Shown here: piece by piece, positions 38,101 to 52,124 of the stretch
How the letters are laid out: each line of letters opens with the position of its first letter
How positions within the stretch are numbered: the stretch's first letter is position 1
Origin: Balanoglossus misakiensis
Taxonomy: Eukaryota > Animalia > Hemichordata
NCBI GenBank assembly: GCA_040954595.2
Contig: CM082596.2
Location: forward strand, 8,383,124 to 8,447,123
Direction of reading: 5' to 3'
Length of the DNA: 64,000 nucleotides
Made by a program: the position numbers and the translations under genes
The notes under the pieces: generated by a model
The model's database searches: none
Told to the model about the DNA's origin: nothing
The model's input: only the letters and a program-made list of their open reading frames with translations

Positions 38101-41100
38101 TAGGTAGATACTTTTATGCTGTGATATTCCCTGTTTTTCTTTTGGTCTTGTATAATTGAATCGCCGACGAGATAAATGCCCAGACGTTTTCAGCCGTCGA
38201 TGCTGCATTGGTAGTAGTAGGCAACCCATAGGCGCTCATAGACATAACTTTTACCCAACACTTCCTGCGGAAATCTGCGTGGGCGTGCAGAAAACAACAA
38301 CAACAACATCTCCACATGCTATCAATATGACCTCAAATGACTCCTCCACTGCAAATTATGCATATATCATGTAAATATGGGCATTTTAGGCGCACATTGT
38401 ATGTATAATTTCGCCGCCATGTCGCAGCGTTCCGCAGCCTTTGCTCGTGTTTTCTCGACGACTGTCGGCATAAAATGCTGGAAACTGTTTATATTCAACG
38501 GTTGCTGATATCACTGTTACATGTTATATTAGCTGGCTGCAAGCCAGATGTACAGAGGAACCGGTGGACTTCGCAATGTCCTTGGCAATTTGTATGAAAT
38601 GGGTAGTAGTCGGTATCCGGGGCTGAAAACGAAAACACAACACATAAAAACATTTTGTAGATTTTTAACATGGTAGAAATCAGAGAAAAACCCAATGCAT
38701 GGCCTCAATATGTCTACAACATGGCCAGTACGTTGTATTGTCTAATGCGGTGGCCACTTTCGCAGCGACTCGTTTTGTAGCGTGTTTTACTGAACGGTTG
38801 ACCACGAAAACGTCGCACACGGAGTCTTTTCTCCGTTTTGGGAGCGGGCCACCGTCATTTTGAAACGTTTGAATATCATTTTCCGTTCATGATCGACTGT
38901 ACTACGAGGTTTGGGTGGCTTTCCGTGGCTATTTTTACCTGCGTCATCACGTGTGTATTGAACGCGCACCTGAATCGGCGCGAGTTAATTTCACTGTATG
39001 CTTGCTACATTGTCACAAATTTCAGAACAACAAGCATACTTCCAAATATTGCTACTTTTTAGCGGGAAAACGTTTTAAATTGGTAATAAACTTCGACCGT
39101 AAATTCCTGTTAGGTATTTCTCGACATATTGGTAAAGTTTGTTGCAAACGCGCGTTCGTCTAACGCCGTAAAATGTGATTTTTAGTAGCGTACTAGGTCT
39201 AGGGAAACTGTAGACTAGGCATTGCAGCCAGACATGAAAAGCCCTGTCCGTTTTCTTTGTAAACGTTTTATTTTTCCTTCGCCTGACACTTTTCGCTGCT
39301 TCCTTCCGACCAGCACAACTGTCATGGTGATTTGCAGTTTATGTAAGTACACGAACAGTCATATCGTAACCTCACATCTGCCCGATTTCTTTGTTTTTTT
39401 GGCCCGTTTATCTCACCATTTGCAGGCTACGCTAGAAATTCACGAGGTATCTCTTCCTTTGTTACTCATCAGAGAAACACGGCTTTGAAAACGAAACAAA
39501 ATTTTCCAAAGGCGGCGACTTAATGAGGAACTTTAAGTCTGAATAAGTTCTTGGGGACTGTGGGCAGTATATGGCACAAGAACTTTGAGGATTTTTCAGA
39601 ACAAAGGACTTTTTTACCCGGAGAATAATAAATGAGATGAAACTAGGCAAACCAAACAAGCGTAGTATCGCGGCTGCCCTGAATATAGCGCGTTCGAAGC
39701 GCTTCTCTATGGTGGCCCCACGTTCGTATCTCGTCATCGCCGATCGGAGCGCTCCGGTTTACTCGATTCGCCCTTTATCATTTCTTGTAAAATATGATGA
39801 AACTAACCTGATTTTTAATTTATATGCGTTAATTTTGTCAAAATTTAGCCAGAAACATATTTTACCGAAGCCTGATCGTTTTATGCTAATACATACACCA
39901 TTGTGTGGTCGTTTCAGTTAATTTATGCAGAAAATTTTGACACAAGTATTTCTATTGACTGGGGATGTTTCGCTTAAATTTTTGAATTTGCTTTTTTTCA
40001 GTAAATTTACAGACAAGGAGGTATTTTTTCTTGCATTGGCCACTGTGTTAAACATCCGAATTTCTGAAATATAGCCAGCAAAATACAAAGTGATTGGAAT
40101 ACCCAAGCCTTAGCATATGCTTTTGCAGTGTAAAGTTGTCATGGTAACTGACTGAGTAGATTGTGTAAAATGTCTTGAAAGATTTGCCTCCTTGACCGCA
40201 GTGTGATCTCATATTGGATATTAGAGGTCAATTAGTAATGACTTTTCTATCGGTAGTGTCCTGGTTTATCCATCTTTCGCCAGTCTAACCTTTGGCTTAA
40301 ACCCAAGTATTCTAATTACTTTTTATTTTGGTTGTACACACATCAGCTGAGGGGATGGTCTTTCCATATGGGTAGCATTGCTTCTCCTCTTCCATTGATT
40401 TCTACAAATATTTTATGAATTTTCATTATGCTCGTCACCGTGAGTGTGGGTGTGTCTTCGGGGGGAAACTTGACTCTTTCGCACACCATGTGGGTTTCGG
40501 CTGCCAACGTAACAAGGCCGTTCAAGGTGAGGTCACTGGTTCACCTGCCAAGAGAGTGCAAACAGAGAAAAATAAAAGAAAATTATGCTAATGTACTTGA
40601 TGAGGTGTAGATGGCAAGCTGACCACAGCTATATATAGTCAGTGTGTGTGGCAGAGCACAGAACAGATCTAGTATTATCAATATAGATTTCAGCTGCCTG
40701 GATTTACATCCAAAGTACGGGAATACTACAGCAGTTGACCACACACGGCAACATTACACTGGCAAGTGACGTTTTCTATTTTGGGGGAGAAGGATACTGG
40801 GGGCATCAACATTGTACGTTGACATTGTTTTTGCTTTATTTCATCGTGTGATTTTCATGTGGGTTTTTTTTGGATTTCTTTTCATTTATTCTTCAAGGTC
40901 CTTTGCGTGAGAGTTAATTGGTGTCTCTCCCAAATTGAGTAGTGTGCCGCGTGTAAGCACCATTTGTTAGTTGCTTGCAAAGATGACACGTACGTGAAGG
41001 GGGGAATGCTGCCAACTGTTGTCACCGTTGCGCAGTGCTTGGCTGTTTTTGGCCAACCCTGGAGCCACTCACCATTGTTTTATGAGTCGTACGACAGCAA

Positions 41101-43714
41101 GCGCGGCTACATAGTCCTCTACAATGTATAACATGTTATCTTGTGAGCAAAATCGGAGATGCAGATAACAACATTGCAACTCATTGACAAGTATATTTTT
41201 TAACAAATATTATTGAAGATTTAATGCAGTGACTGCGTTTTGAAGACAGAATCTTCAAGATACGACAGTGGCTCACCTCATTATCTGTTACTGAAATCAA
41301 TATCGAATTAACAGCTGGTGGTTTATTTTCAGTGTGTGCCAAAGAGGCATATCTGTTATTATTTGTTTACTAAAACATTTTGATGATAATTAATGTTAAT
41401 TTTACCGTACCAGTTGACATATTTTCCAATGTATATTTCAGGGATTGCATATTTAAATGTGAAGCATGTATTTACCACCAATTCCAATCCTTCGTGTGTT
41501 TCTTTCATGTTTGCTGTTCTTTTCAGTACAGCGATCGCTTCAAATATTTCCAAGATGGTTTCCAGACTCAAAGATTTGATGTTTTATCCTCAAAAATGGT
41601 GTTTTGTCAATCTTTCCAAGTCAAGTAGTGTCAACACAAAAATTCAAAGTGCTTTGATCGACTCATGTTCTGTGACGATGTTATGTTTTGTATGCATACA
41701 CTCGTGTTGTGTAACTCTTATTTGCTACGATTGACAGTGTTTGCGGCAGTTTTCAAGGTCAGTCAATTCTAAAAGTTTCAAAGGCCATTTTTCTGGTAAC
41801 CATTGATTTCATAATTCATCATTTTTCTTTCATGTTTATTTTTATTTTATTTTATCTTAATTTTTTTTAACATTTTGGCGGGAAAGTGATTGTGATGTAA
41901 TTGCTTGGTATCTCGATATTGGCCACAGAATGTAAGTGAAATAAAGTTATCTTTTTGTAGTGTTGATGTGGTGACCTTTACCTAAAGTCAAGGTCATTTG
42001 TGTTATTGACAGGCAAGTTGCATCAATAAATGTATACTAATGTGTTGCATGTTCTGTACTGTTACAGTACACCGTTGTGTGCTACAGTGTTTGGGGCAAT
42101 TTGTTCTCCTCACCGTCTTGAGCCCATTGTCTCTTAAAATTGGTCCATTTCTTCAGAATTGTAAACATTGCCTCAGGTATTTAGTTGCTGGAAATGTATT
42201 TCTATGCTTTGTTTAATTTTTGATACATTTCACAACAAGTTGTTGATCCAGTGAAACCCATTAATTAGTCAACAAATCTATTTTTATCCTGTGTGTGGTA
42301 TGTTTGAAGATGGTTATTGATGGAAATTTGCTAAGTATCGGATTTACAATTTTGTATATCGCTGTGTTTTTTACTAGCCTATTGGATTCCATTTCACTGT
42401 TGTGTATACATGTGTAGCCCTGCATCTTAAAACATGCATCGTTGCCATCGTTCGCACATCTTCTCATTTGTACTTCAAAATAATATATCTCGATACTAAT
42501 CCTACAAATTTAAGGACTTCCAACAGACATTTTTCCCTGTGGGAGACTTAATTTGTTACCAAATTGCTGGTATTGGCTTTCATAAGCCTAAAAGCTATTT
42601 TTAAACTGTTGGATATTTTTTAGTTCATACTTTCCTCTACACACAAATTAAGTTCACAATTTATATAAAGTACAACCGATATAGATATCAGTTGTTCAAA
42701 CAACAAATTAGAAGTATTTCTTCTTGATAAGATATGACTCGAATGACAGTGAAGTGAACTTGTATGTTTTAATGGTTCAATGAAAATCTTGTGATAAGTT
42801 CTCTCTACTACATGATTGCCAAATAGGCACAAAGCATATAGCAAGTGACTCTTGATATTGCATGCTTTGATGAATGATGTGTTAATTTCTTCCATTGTTG
42901 CATATACCATTTCAATTTTTGTCCAATCGTGTATGTTTAGCACCAGTTTGATTTTATTATCATTTCAAATATAACCAGTCTGGACTTACCAATCACCTTG
43001 TGATTGGATTTCTGGGAAAACTTATAAATTGCTTTTTTTTCTTCAAAAAGAATAGCCCAAGATCTTCAACTTTCTAGGAAAAACAATGCAAGTATTTCTG
43101 TTTTAATTTGATATAAATTCTGGAGCTTGTGGAGCTTGTTTTTTTATAGCAATGAAAACAAAAGTGGAAATAACTGACTCCATTTTAGACTTACCTGCGG
43201 CAAGGTCAGAGAGACAGTGAAAGATAAACAAATAACGTCAAATCCAAAATGGGTGAATTTCATTTTAATGCAACACTTGACACTTGGTTTCTTTGCAAAG
43301 TAAAATTTGATGTGAAATTCATAAAGTTCGATTTTTTTTTTACCTTGGTCGAGGCCTCAGACCTTGACCATACTGTGTATTTACTAACTGCGTCACAGAA
43401 TCTTCCATATGCTGACAAGTGTTTATCCTGTGTATCTTAGTGTTATTTCATTTCTTGGAATATAATATTATTTGATGTGGATAATATCTTAATATCCAAC
43501 AAAATTATGAAGGGTTTTGATGATTTCCAGGACAGATAAATTATTATTTTTTGTACGAGTAGTCTCTCATTTAGGTATCTGGTCAAGCTTTGTTGTTGAC
43601 AGAATCTTAAGAAGCCAATAGCTAAAATGGATTTCATAGTGACACTTGCAGTCTGTTTGCTAAAAAGTGAAAGATTTGTTTTTCCCAATTTGTGTGATGA
43701 GGTTGTTGTTATCC

Positions 43715-44130
43715 ATCAGAAGATGGCAGCCACATTCTGGATTTATCTGCTCGGAGGGCTCGTGCGAGGACTATTTTTTTCCTCCGTGTTTTGCATGATG
43801 TTTGAAACGCGACGTTCTCGCGGAAAACATTGAAATAAAAGTATGCGTCACTTTTGAAGAGAAAATGTCCAATCATAGCTGATTCACGTTGATTGGGATG
43901 AAAATTCGGTTGTTGGGGGGGGGGGGGAAGTAAAGGATGTGTTTGTTGGTGAGTCAGTGTGACGTGGGGATGACATTGCTTGCATCATTTGTGTTTTGTT
44001 TTGTTGGCCATTGCTGGCAAGGAATCGGGCAGCGCAGGCGGCCATTGTCGGGTACCACGGCGATAACCTTGTGGTTGTGTAATACCCAAACAACAAAAGT
44101 TCTCTTTCAAGGACAAGTCTTTCAGGTGTG
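43715..44130 (+). promoter_or_regulatory. Candidate promoter or enhancer of the BH3-only gene
   Basis: Cluster of YY1-like AAGATGGCAGCC (43720), TGCGTCA (43844), CCAAT (43869) and ATTGG (43892), a G-run, AP-1 TGAGTCA (43950-43956) and TGACGT (43960-43965), followed by a weak donor CAG|gtgtgt near 44125. Confidence 0.4.
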
Positions 44131-47100
44131 TTTGTACGTTCTCCTAATGACTTATACTGTTTTGAAATGAACTACGGGATCAATTCAGCTTCCTGGAATT
44201 GAACTTTTGGCCGACATGCTCGTTTGTAACAAGCGCTGATGCTGGCGTTTATCGTAAAAACAAAAACGTAAGATGACATTTTCGAACAAAAATCGTCTAT
44301 TTTTTTTCCAGTTAAAATTTTGTGAGCCTTCTTGAAACACTTTAGGGATTTTTTATGCAGTTTTCTAAAGTCTAATTGTTATGGCGGGAAATTTGTTCTC
44401 CTTCTGAAGATTTTGCTATGCTCTTCTGGTACGGCACCATCCATGTACAATAACAACATGGTTGTTTTCTTGTTTATTTTTCATTGAATTTGCAACTTTT
44501 TGATAGCGACCGTGATCAAAAATGTTTAATTTAACTAGCAAATAGTGTACTGCTGCTTGTTTTTTTCCTTTTATTTTACTACTCCTGGTGAAATTTACAT
44601 CGTTTTTACAATATGATGATGAACGACAGATGGGGCCAGTCATCCTTCACTTATTTTTACTACGACATGTAACACCTTTCTTTTATGTGCTTTTTTGAGA
44701 AATTAAGCATGAAGCAGTATCTTGTCTTGCCAACTTCATATATTTTAAGATTTGTTCTTGTTTTGCTGTTGTATTTTATTCAAAATCATAAAAAATGCCT
44801 TATTTCCTGTTTCTTTTGAGAAAATGTAGTGAAAAGATGGTTCGAACTATCTCGCTCGACAACACCGGTTATTCTGGGGACTGCTATTCGAAATTCTAAT
44901 TTTAACGCCAACTTTGCCTTCATGTTCCACCAATTCTTCTCCTTTTTGCTTAAAAAACAAAACAAAAAGTAATCCTCAGGCTATATGAGTATATTTTTAC
45001 ATTTCTAGTTAGTTTTGTCTTTTTTCATTCATGGAAATGACTGAAAACTCGTACTTTTTTCACAAAGATTGTCCTTTTTCGGCAGCCGCCATTTTGTATC
45101 AAAAGCGGCGATAGCTGTTGTTTTTCTTCACGTGTTTGATATTTTATCATTTCTCCTTTTCGGGTTTTTACTTTCTATCAAGAAACTTGTATCAAGGTCA
45201 CTCAAGACCAAACTTTCTTCAGTCTTTAGTCAGCGAGAACTTCAAGTTGGTATATTTACTTTTTAGTTCCTTTTTTGTGGCCAATATTGTGAAATTCATC
45301 AAACAAGATGGAGAGTTTCTTACGCTGACAAACAAGATGGCTGTTCCATGAATTACGTTGACAACACCATGTTGTACAGTCCACTTGACAATCGTATGGA
45401 CGTACATAGGAGGAATTTTGTCAGATATATTCTGACACTATTTCCGTCTTTATGTGGTCTTTTGCCAGGGCCAATTTAGTCGAGTTCTTCTCCGTAGGTA
45501 CCAATCTAGATTTTTTGGACGGTTCATTCTGCACAAATATTTTGCTTTGCACATTCAGCAGGTATGTTCGGCACATTTTTCATGTATTTTTCAAGTTCAT
45601 TAAGGATGCATAATACTGTGGATTTGCTGTTTAGTCTTTTTGCCTGTGTTGACATTTTATTTTGCTGGTAGATACAGAATCTGATTGAGTCATGGAAGCG
45701 TATCTCTAAGTTTATGAAAATCTGAACTTATTTTTAGAAATTAAACATTTTTTTCGAAAGTTATTTATTTGAATGTTCATTTATAATCAAAATTAATTAG
45801 TGTAGTGTAATTCAAGTGTAATTTCTTTACATTTATAAAGAAATGGGAAATCTTTGATGATTGTAAATTTTTGACCAGTTTCTGTGATAGGATGTGCGTT
45901 GCAGGCTCTAAGTGTTCAAAATGGCGAATGTAGACATAATGCTTGAAGAAGATACAGAAGAGGCACAAGTCAGTGTCAAACTACAAAAAATCAAACTTTT
46001 TATGTCATCAAGACAATGCTGACTGCCACACAATAACAAAAATGATAAAACAACCCAATGTGCCAATTTCAGATATTTTATCACAATACATAATATGTAT
46101 CTTTTCGATAACATGGCATGGAATCAAATTAGCTTCATATCTTTATTTTGATAGCAATAAGACTGCAAATTCAACTTTAAATGATGCAAATCAATCATTT
46201 ACCTGTTTGTTAAGTTCACTTGCCATCTCCTTGGCAAAATATTGTATTTCAATTCTCTTCATTCAAATTTAATTTAAATTTTAACTCAAATGCAAATTCT
46301 ATTCATTTGCAAAAATGTAGCATTCGAACATCTAAAAAGTAATAAATATCTCTCTTTGAATATAGTCATTTTTTTCAGTTATTTTTTTTTTTCATTTTTA
46401 TTGACTAAAATATGTAAATAAGTATTCCAAATAACTCTCTTTCTGGTGATTCTTTCTGGTAATTTCTGTAAAGCATAGACTTTCTGTAAACTTTATGATG
46501 GGATTTTGTTGGAAGGGATCTGTGATTGGAATGACTTTTCAAGTCAAGAGCTTACAATTGTAAAGTCACCAAAACATTCTTAAATTGTAGGAAATTGATT
46601 TACATTAAGAATAAAATGTATGGGGGAAAAACGCTTCAAATTAGGTTAATGTTATTGAAATGTGATAGTCAAGGTGTAGGCAAAGTCTTGTCAAAGTAGG
46701 TCCCTGGTCATGTTTATATCAAAGCCATCCTGCAAACTCATTATCATTTATGCATATATGCAGACTGCCTGGGAATTCTTGAAAGACAGAAATAGTTTGG
46801 GTTTTGTCCCCCCCCCCCCCCCCCCCCCACTCCTCTTTTATTTGCAGGAGGAGGTGTGGTCCCCAACAAAAACAGGCTGCAATTGACATTGTCAACATAT
46901 TAGAACGCATTTGCATTTCAACCAGACAATAAAGCGGCCTGATGACATCATACCACTACACAGTTTCCTAATATGGATCGTTCTTGGCTACTTTCCCAGT
47001 TTCCATAGTAACTCAGGTAGCATTTACCTCTGATAGACTTTGGGATTAATATTAACATATATCAACATGCCTAGTTATTTCCAAAGCTCCTTTGAAGCCA

Positions 47101-50100
47101 TGGGTGCTGAAAAAGGCAACTTTTTGCCAGTGACGGTTTAATTTTAAAACTTTTTCTTTGATAATATGGTGATAAACGTCAGTTTTGTTGATGTTGTGAA
47201 TGGGAGACCGCAGATTGTTTTGATTTCTTGGCATTCTGAATTTAGTCAGGGAATGCATGGTGGCTATTTTTGCCGAAATGTTAGAATTTAATAAGCAGCT
47301 TTTGTGGCTGAGGTTGGTGTAATGCACAGCTAATTGAGTATGACAGAAGATCATCCACCATTGAAATAATTATGGTGGTGTTATGATTTGATGAAATCAT
47401 TCAGAAGATCTTTGATGTATTGAAAGCCACCAAGGAATTTGACATGGGAGAGGCTGGCTGCGAGAGACACTGGGACCACTCACAATTCACACGGCGCAAC
47501 TTCTGCATTCAACAATGACGGGAATGTGAAAAAGATTTCTGAGAAACGCGGCGCCATGAAGTGTTCAGAAAATCTTCAAATAACTAGAAATACTTGTGCG
47601 GTAACCGTGGGAGAAGTGGATCTTTTTATATGACCACAGTTCATAGACAGGGCATATCATATTGTGATAGCCACTCGGAGTGCATAATGATAGCATTTTA
47701 ACGTGCGCGGCGCATAACCTGCAGTGAGGGGCATTTCCAAAGAGCCAGGGAACTCGCTGGCTGATGTGTATAGCTGTTGGGTAGACCCCCACTCACACAG
47801 TCTTTATCTCACATTTCAAAGTCAACGCACACACTATACATTTGTTAAACAGGGAAGTTGTGAAACCCAGTACAGATACTTTCATTGAAAACCACTCACC
47901 CTGACAGCTATAGGCCAGCTTGTACGGTTTTTGTTGTACATCACTATGGCCCCCATATAAACCATTGTTACATGAATGGCAAAGTTATGAATCGCTCCGT
48001 AAGACTTCAAAGGACCTGTCGCTATTGTTGCACACATATATCATTATTCGAGTAACAATGTAACACTTTATCAAGTGGCGGTAATTGACAGCAATAAAAA
48101 GCTGTCTGCAGTAATCATTGACAGTCTGGAAACAAATGTTTGCCGAAGCTAAACTTAAATCCATTCAGTGAGTTCGTACTGATCATGTCGTACCAGAAAA
48201 CTTTGATGTCAGAGTGCCGAGAGCAGCAAAATGACCTCCTTTTCCCCTTTTTTCAAAAAGAGACTCTTTTATTTACTGTTGAAAGAGGGCCCTCTTTCTT
48301 TGCCTTTGTTGTGTGTTTCAAAGAACCTATCAAATTGAGCCTTACTTGAATCAGTTAAAATCCACCATAAAAAATAACAAAGATGGCAAATTTAACAGTG
48401 TAGACAAACATACTTAGTTTTATTGTCAACTTTATTATTTTAAAAGGCAGTAAATGCACCCACTGTGTTTATCAAAGTATTTTAAAGTCCCCACAAAGTA
48501 TTTAAAAGTCCCCCACAACTATGAAATAAAAAAGTTGGGTACTTCAAGGAATAACAGGGTCAGAGGTTAGAATAGATGGGCAGCTCTCTTGCAAATAACG
48601 TTGAATAGTGGTCGCTGGGTGGTCTCAGCCTTGTGCCAATCATTATCAGGGCCTGCCAATTTAAGTCCCACAATGCATTTCAACCGTCTGGGGACAATTA
48701 CTCTTGGCCTTGACAGGAACCAGGTCAGAGTTCATAGTCCACCAACCATGCCGATAAACCAAACAATAACATGGCATATTATGGGATGTTTTTGTCTGTG
48801 TGTGATGTCATGTCTATTTTTAAGGTGAGTGTTTTGGGCTTCCCCAATCACGTCTGCAGGCCGGGCAAGGACTCACATACCAGAAAGTGTTAGGCACTCA
48901 CTCAGTTCGTTGCTTCAGATCAATTGCGTTTTCCTATCAACATATATAACAGTCACTGCCTTTTGAGTTTCCATGGATATTGTACAGATAGCCACCATGT
49001 GCAGGGAACAGCCATAGGTGTTGGAGATCTGTCTAGACTATTTTGCGGTATTCTTGAACTTGTAAGTATTCATTTTATTTGTGTGTACACAGGGTTTTGG
49101 TCATGGTATGAGATGGCAGCCTGAGCCGTTTAGGCCTGCAAAGAGCTGAGTATCTTCTAGGGCAAGAATTGTCTGGGTCTTCTGTCTGGTTATGATAGTT
49201 TTCATTTTATGTTCTTTCTGTGTTAACTTGACACCAGTCTTTCAATTTATGTGTCTGGTTTAGTTTTATTACCAGGTCAACAATATAGGAGAGAACAAGT
49301 TATGACAAGTTGCATATGGTGACGGTCATGCAAATTGGCCAATTTGGTCATCAATGGGCTCAGCCAGACTCAATGTTAGTGAGTGTCTGTGTGGCTATAG
49401 CCGTACGCAGTCAATCCCAAAATTGAAGGTCGAGTCTTTGTTCAATCACCCAATATGTGTTCAGTCGTTTAAGCAAAGAATTAGCATGGTGATAATTGTG
49501 CTGTCATTTGATCTGCAGGCAGACAGTGGTTTCTCATTCATAGCAGAGGGGGAAGGTTGATGACTTTGTTAGCCACGGATAATTGATACGAGACGCTGGC
49601 AAACCAGTCCACAATGTGTATTCATTTACAGAGTGTCTCTGTATTAAAGAGACACTACACTAGATTCTGATGTATTTTTTTTCGCAGTTTTTGTTGTTTA
49701 TGTCAAGTATCAACACAGCATGTCAAAGTTTGTCAACATATCCTTTGTTTATTATTGTTGTTAAATTGAACTGGGTTCGAACTTCAGTTTGAACAACGAG
49801 GTCATCATGGCGTCTGCAAACAGAGTTGCCTAAACAAATACCAGGCTTCAAGACAAGAAAATGTACTTGATTCGGACAATGGAGAGAGATACAAGCACTC
49901 CAGGTGTGACGGAAAAGTTTTGTAGAAATTAGATTTTTGTTGGCATAGCCTTGGATTGCGTCTGTTTTTTTTTGCTGGAAACATTCTCTTCCTGTCATTG
50001 GATATGTGTACATAGAACGTAAAGCCATTTGGTTTCAGGGTTGAGAAATATCAACACGTCAAGTTTACATCTGTACAAGTCTATTGTCTACTACAATGTA

Positions 50101-52124
50101 ATGTGTAATTGGCTGCTGAGTCAGCCAGTCCAAGCCTTTCTGCATGTCGAACACACACTCATGTGTCACTCATCCTTATGTCTTTATTATTATTCATGTC
50201 ATTCAAATAAGGAATTTCCTGCATTAATGAAGACAAATCTGAATAATAATGAAAAAGTGTAATTAGAATAAGACATATGTATTTATGCAATTACTACTGG
50301 GTAAAGCTATAGTGAAGTGTCCAGATTTTTATATTGTCCTGCATAAAGGTTTTAATCGAAATTATTACCCATGAAAATTTGGGATTAACTGCAGATATCT
50401 TCATAAGCAGAGAATACTGTGACATGTACCATAAGGTAGGTTTAAAAACAATAAGTGACATGTTATGTATTTATATATATATATATATGTATTGTTGTAA
50501 GGAATCACAGAGCAGGTCTGTTGATGCAGACGGTTGGGACATTACGCTAGTGTAGATAGGGGCCCATTTATGAAGACTTGGCTAGATAAACTGAGCCCCC
50601 TGCATGTGTTTTTGGTTGAACGACAAACATTTTATACACAAAGGTACCTGTGAAGATAAACTACAAAGTCAATAACATTGACCTTGCTTGAACTTTAACT
50701 GACTCCAATGTATTGATTGTTTTAGTTAATAAGGTTTGTTTTGAAATGTTATCTCTTTCATCCAGCCAAATCTAAATATAGACGGTTACAGGGACACTGC
50801 ATACAAGTATTACTGAACTTTACATGACCTCTCATTACTCAAGGTGACATGATCTCCATGTTTTATACAAGATAATTTCAATTCACATGTCTACTGTACA
50901 ATAAAATCACATAGCATTTGTCTGAGGGGTATGGAATTTGGGAAAATAATCTTCAGGGAAGTGAACTCAATAGACTTTGTGAAGAAAATGAAAACAAATC
51001 TATGGTCAGAGTGAATCACAAAGGAAGTGAGAATGTCTTAGAATAGAAGTATCAGTTATAGTTTAATTTAGTTGGCATAGTTACATGTATAGCCATGAAA
51101 TGGTTCAGTTTACCGGCAGTCTGTTCAGCAAAACTATTGCACTTAATTATCAACCCTTTCACCACCATGGTTTGGTCCAATTCCATTGTTTTTGGTGGCA
51201 ATGCTAGACCTAAAGTTTTGTTTCAATTTCAGGGATTTGGGCGAGCTGATAGACACCTGTTGGGTTTGTTTTATGTATAGGAAAACCTGTCTAAACCGAA
51301 CACTAAAGAGACTGAAGAAACTGGTTGATCTGTAAAGGTGTCTGGTTTATACAGGTTCTTTAACATGTGCTTCTACTGTACATGTATGTCAATGGGACAG
51401 GAACAAGTGTTCGGTATGGACAGGTTTCCAGATTAGATAAGGTTCGGTTTAGACAGGTTTTACTATACTAATACATGTATTAAAAGTAAATAAAACCGAT
51501 TTCTTGCAGAAGAAAACAAGAGACTGTATTGTTGTCACAACTTATGAAAACTTCAACCCGCTACCAAATGTGCCTGCAGTTTTCAAACAGTAATTTGTGT
51601 AAAGTTTAAAGTAACTTGCACCTCAGGAATTCTGAAGAACTGCCAACATTGGTTATGTTCAGACCATTGTACTCAAAATGAAATATATATACAATTGATC
51701 AAGCTACGATAGATCCAATAAAAATAGACAATTGTTGCAGTTCGTTAATTGCTGGGAAACAGGACATATGTTTTCTTTCATAGTGTTATCTCCGCCTATT
51801 CTCTTGTTTTGAAACATTGACCTTGGTTACTATGCTAAATCATACTTCCTTTGAGACTGTTATTGTATTTCAGCAGATGAACTTGAACATGACAATGATC
51901 AACTTATTTTTCCCGTTTGTGCTTATAGGCCCATCAGTTCAGTTGATAGTGACTATATGGTAACATTGACACTGCAATATTCTTTTCTGTTCCTACACAA
52001 GGATTCACCTGTCCAATTTGTTGTGAGCATTACTCTGTATTAAGATTGAAAACAACCCCAGTTGATCTCCTACTTATAGCTTTGTCCTTTTGTCGTAATG
52101 CTCCATCAGGTTGCAAGACCTAGG

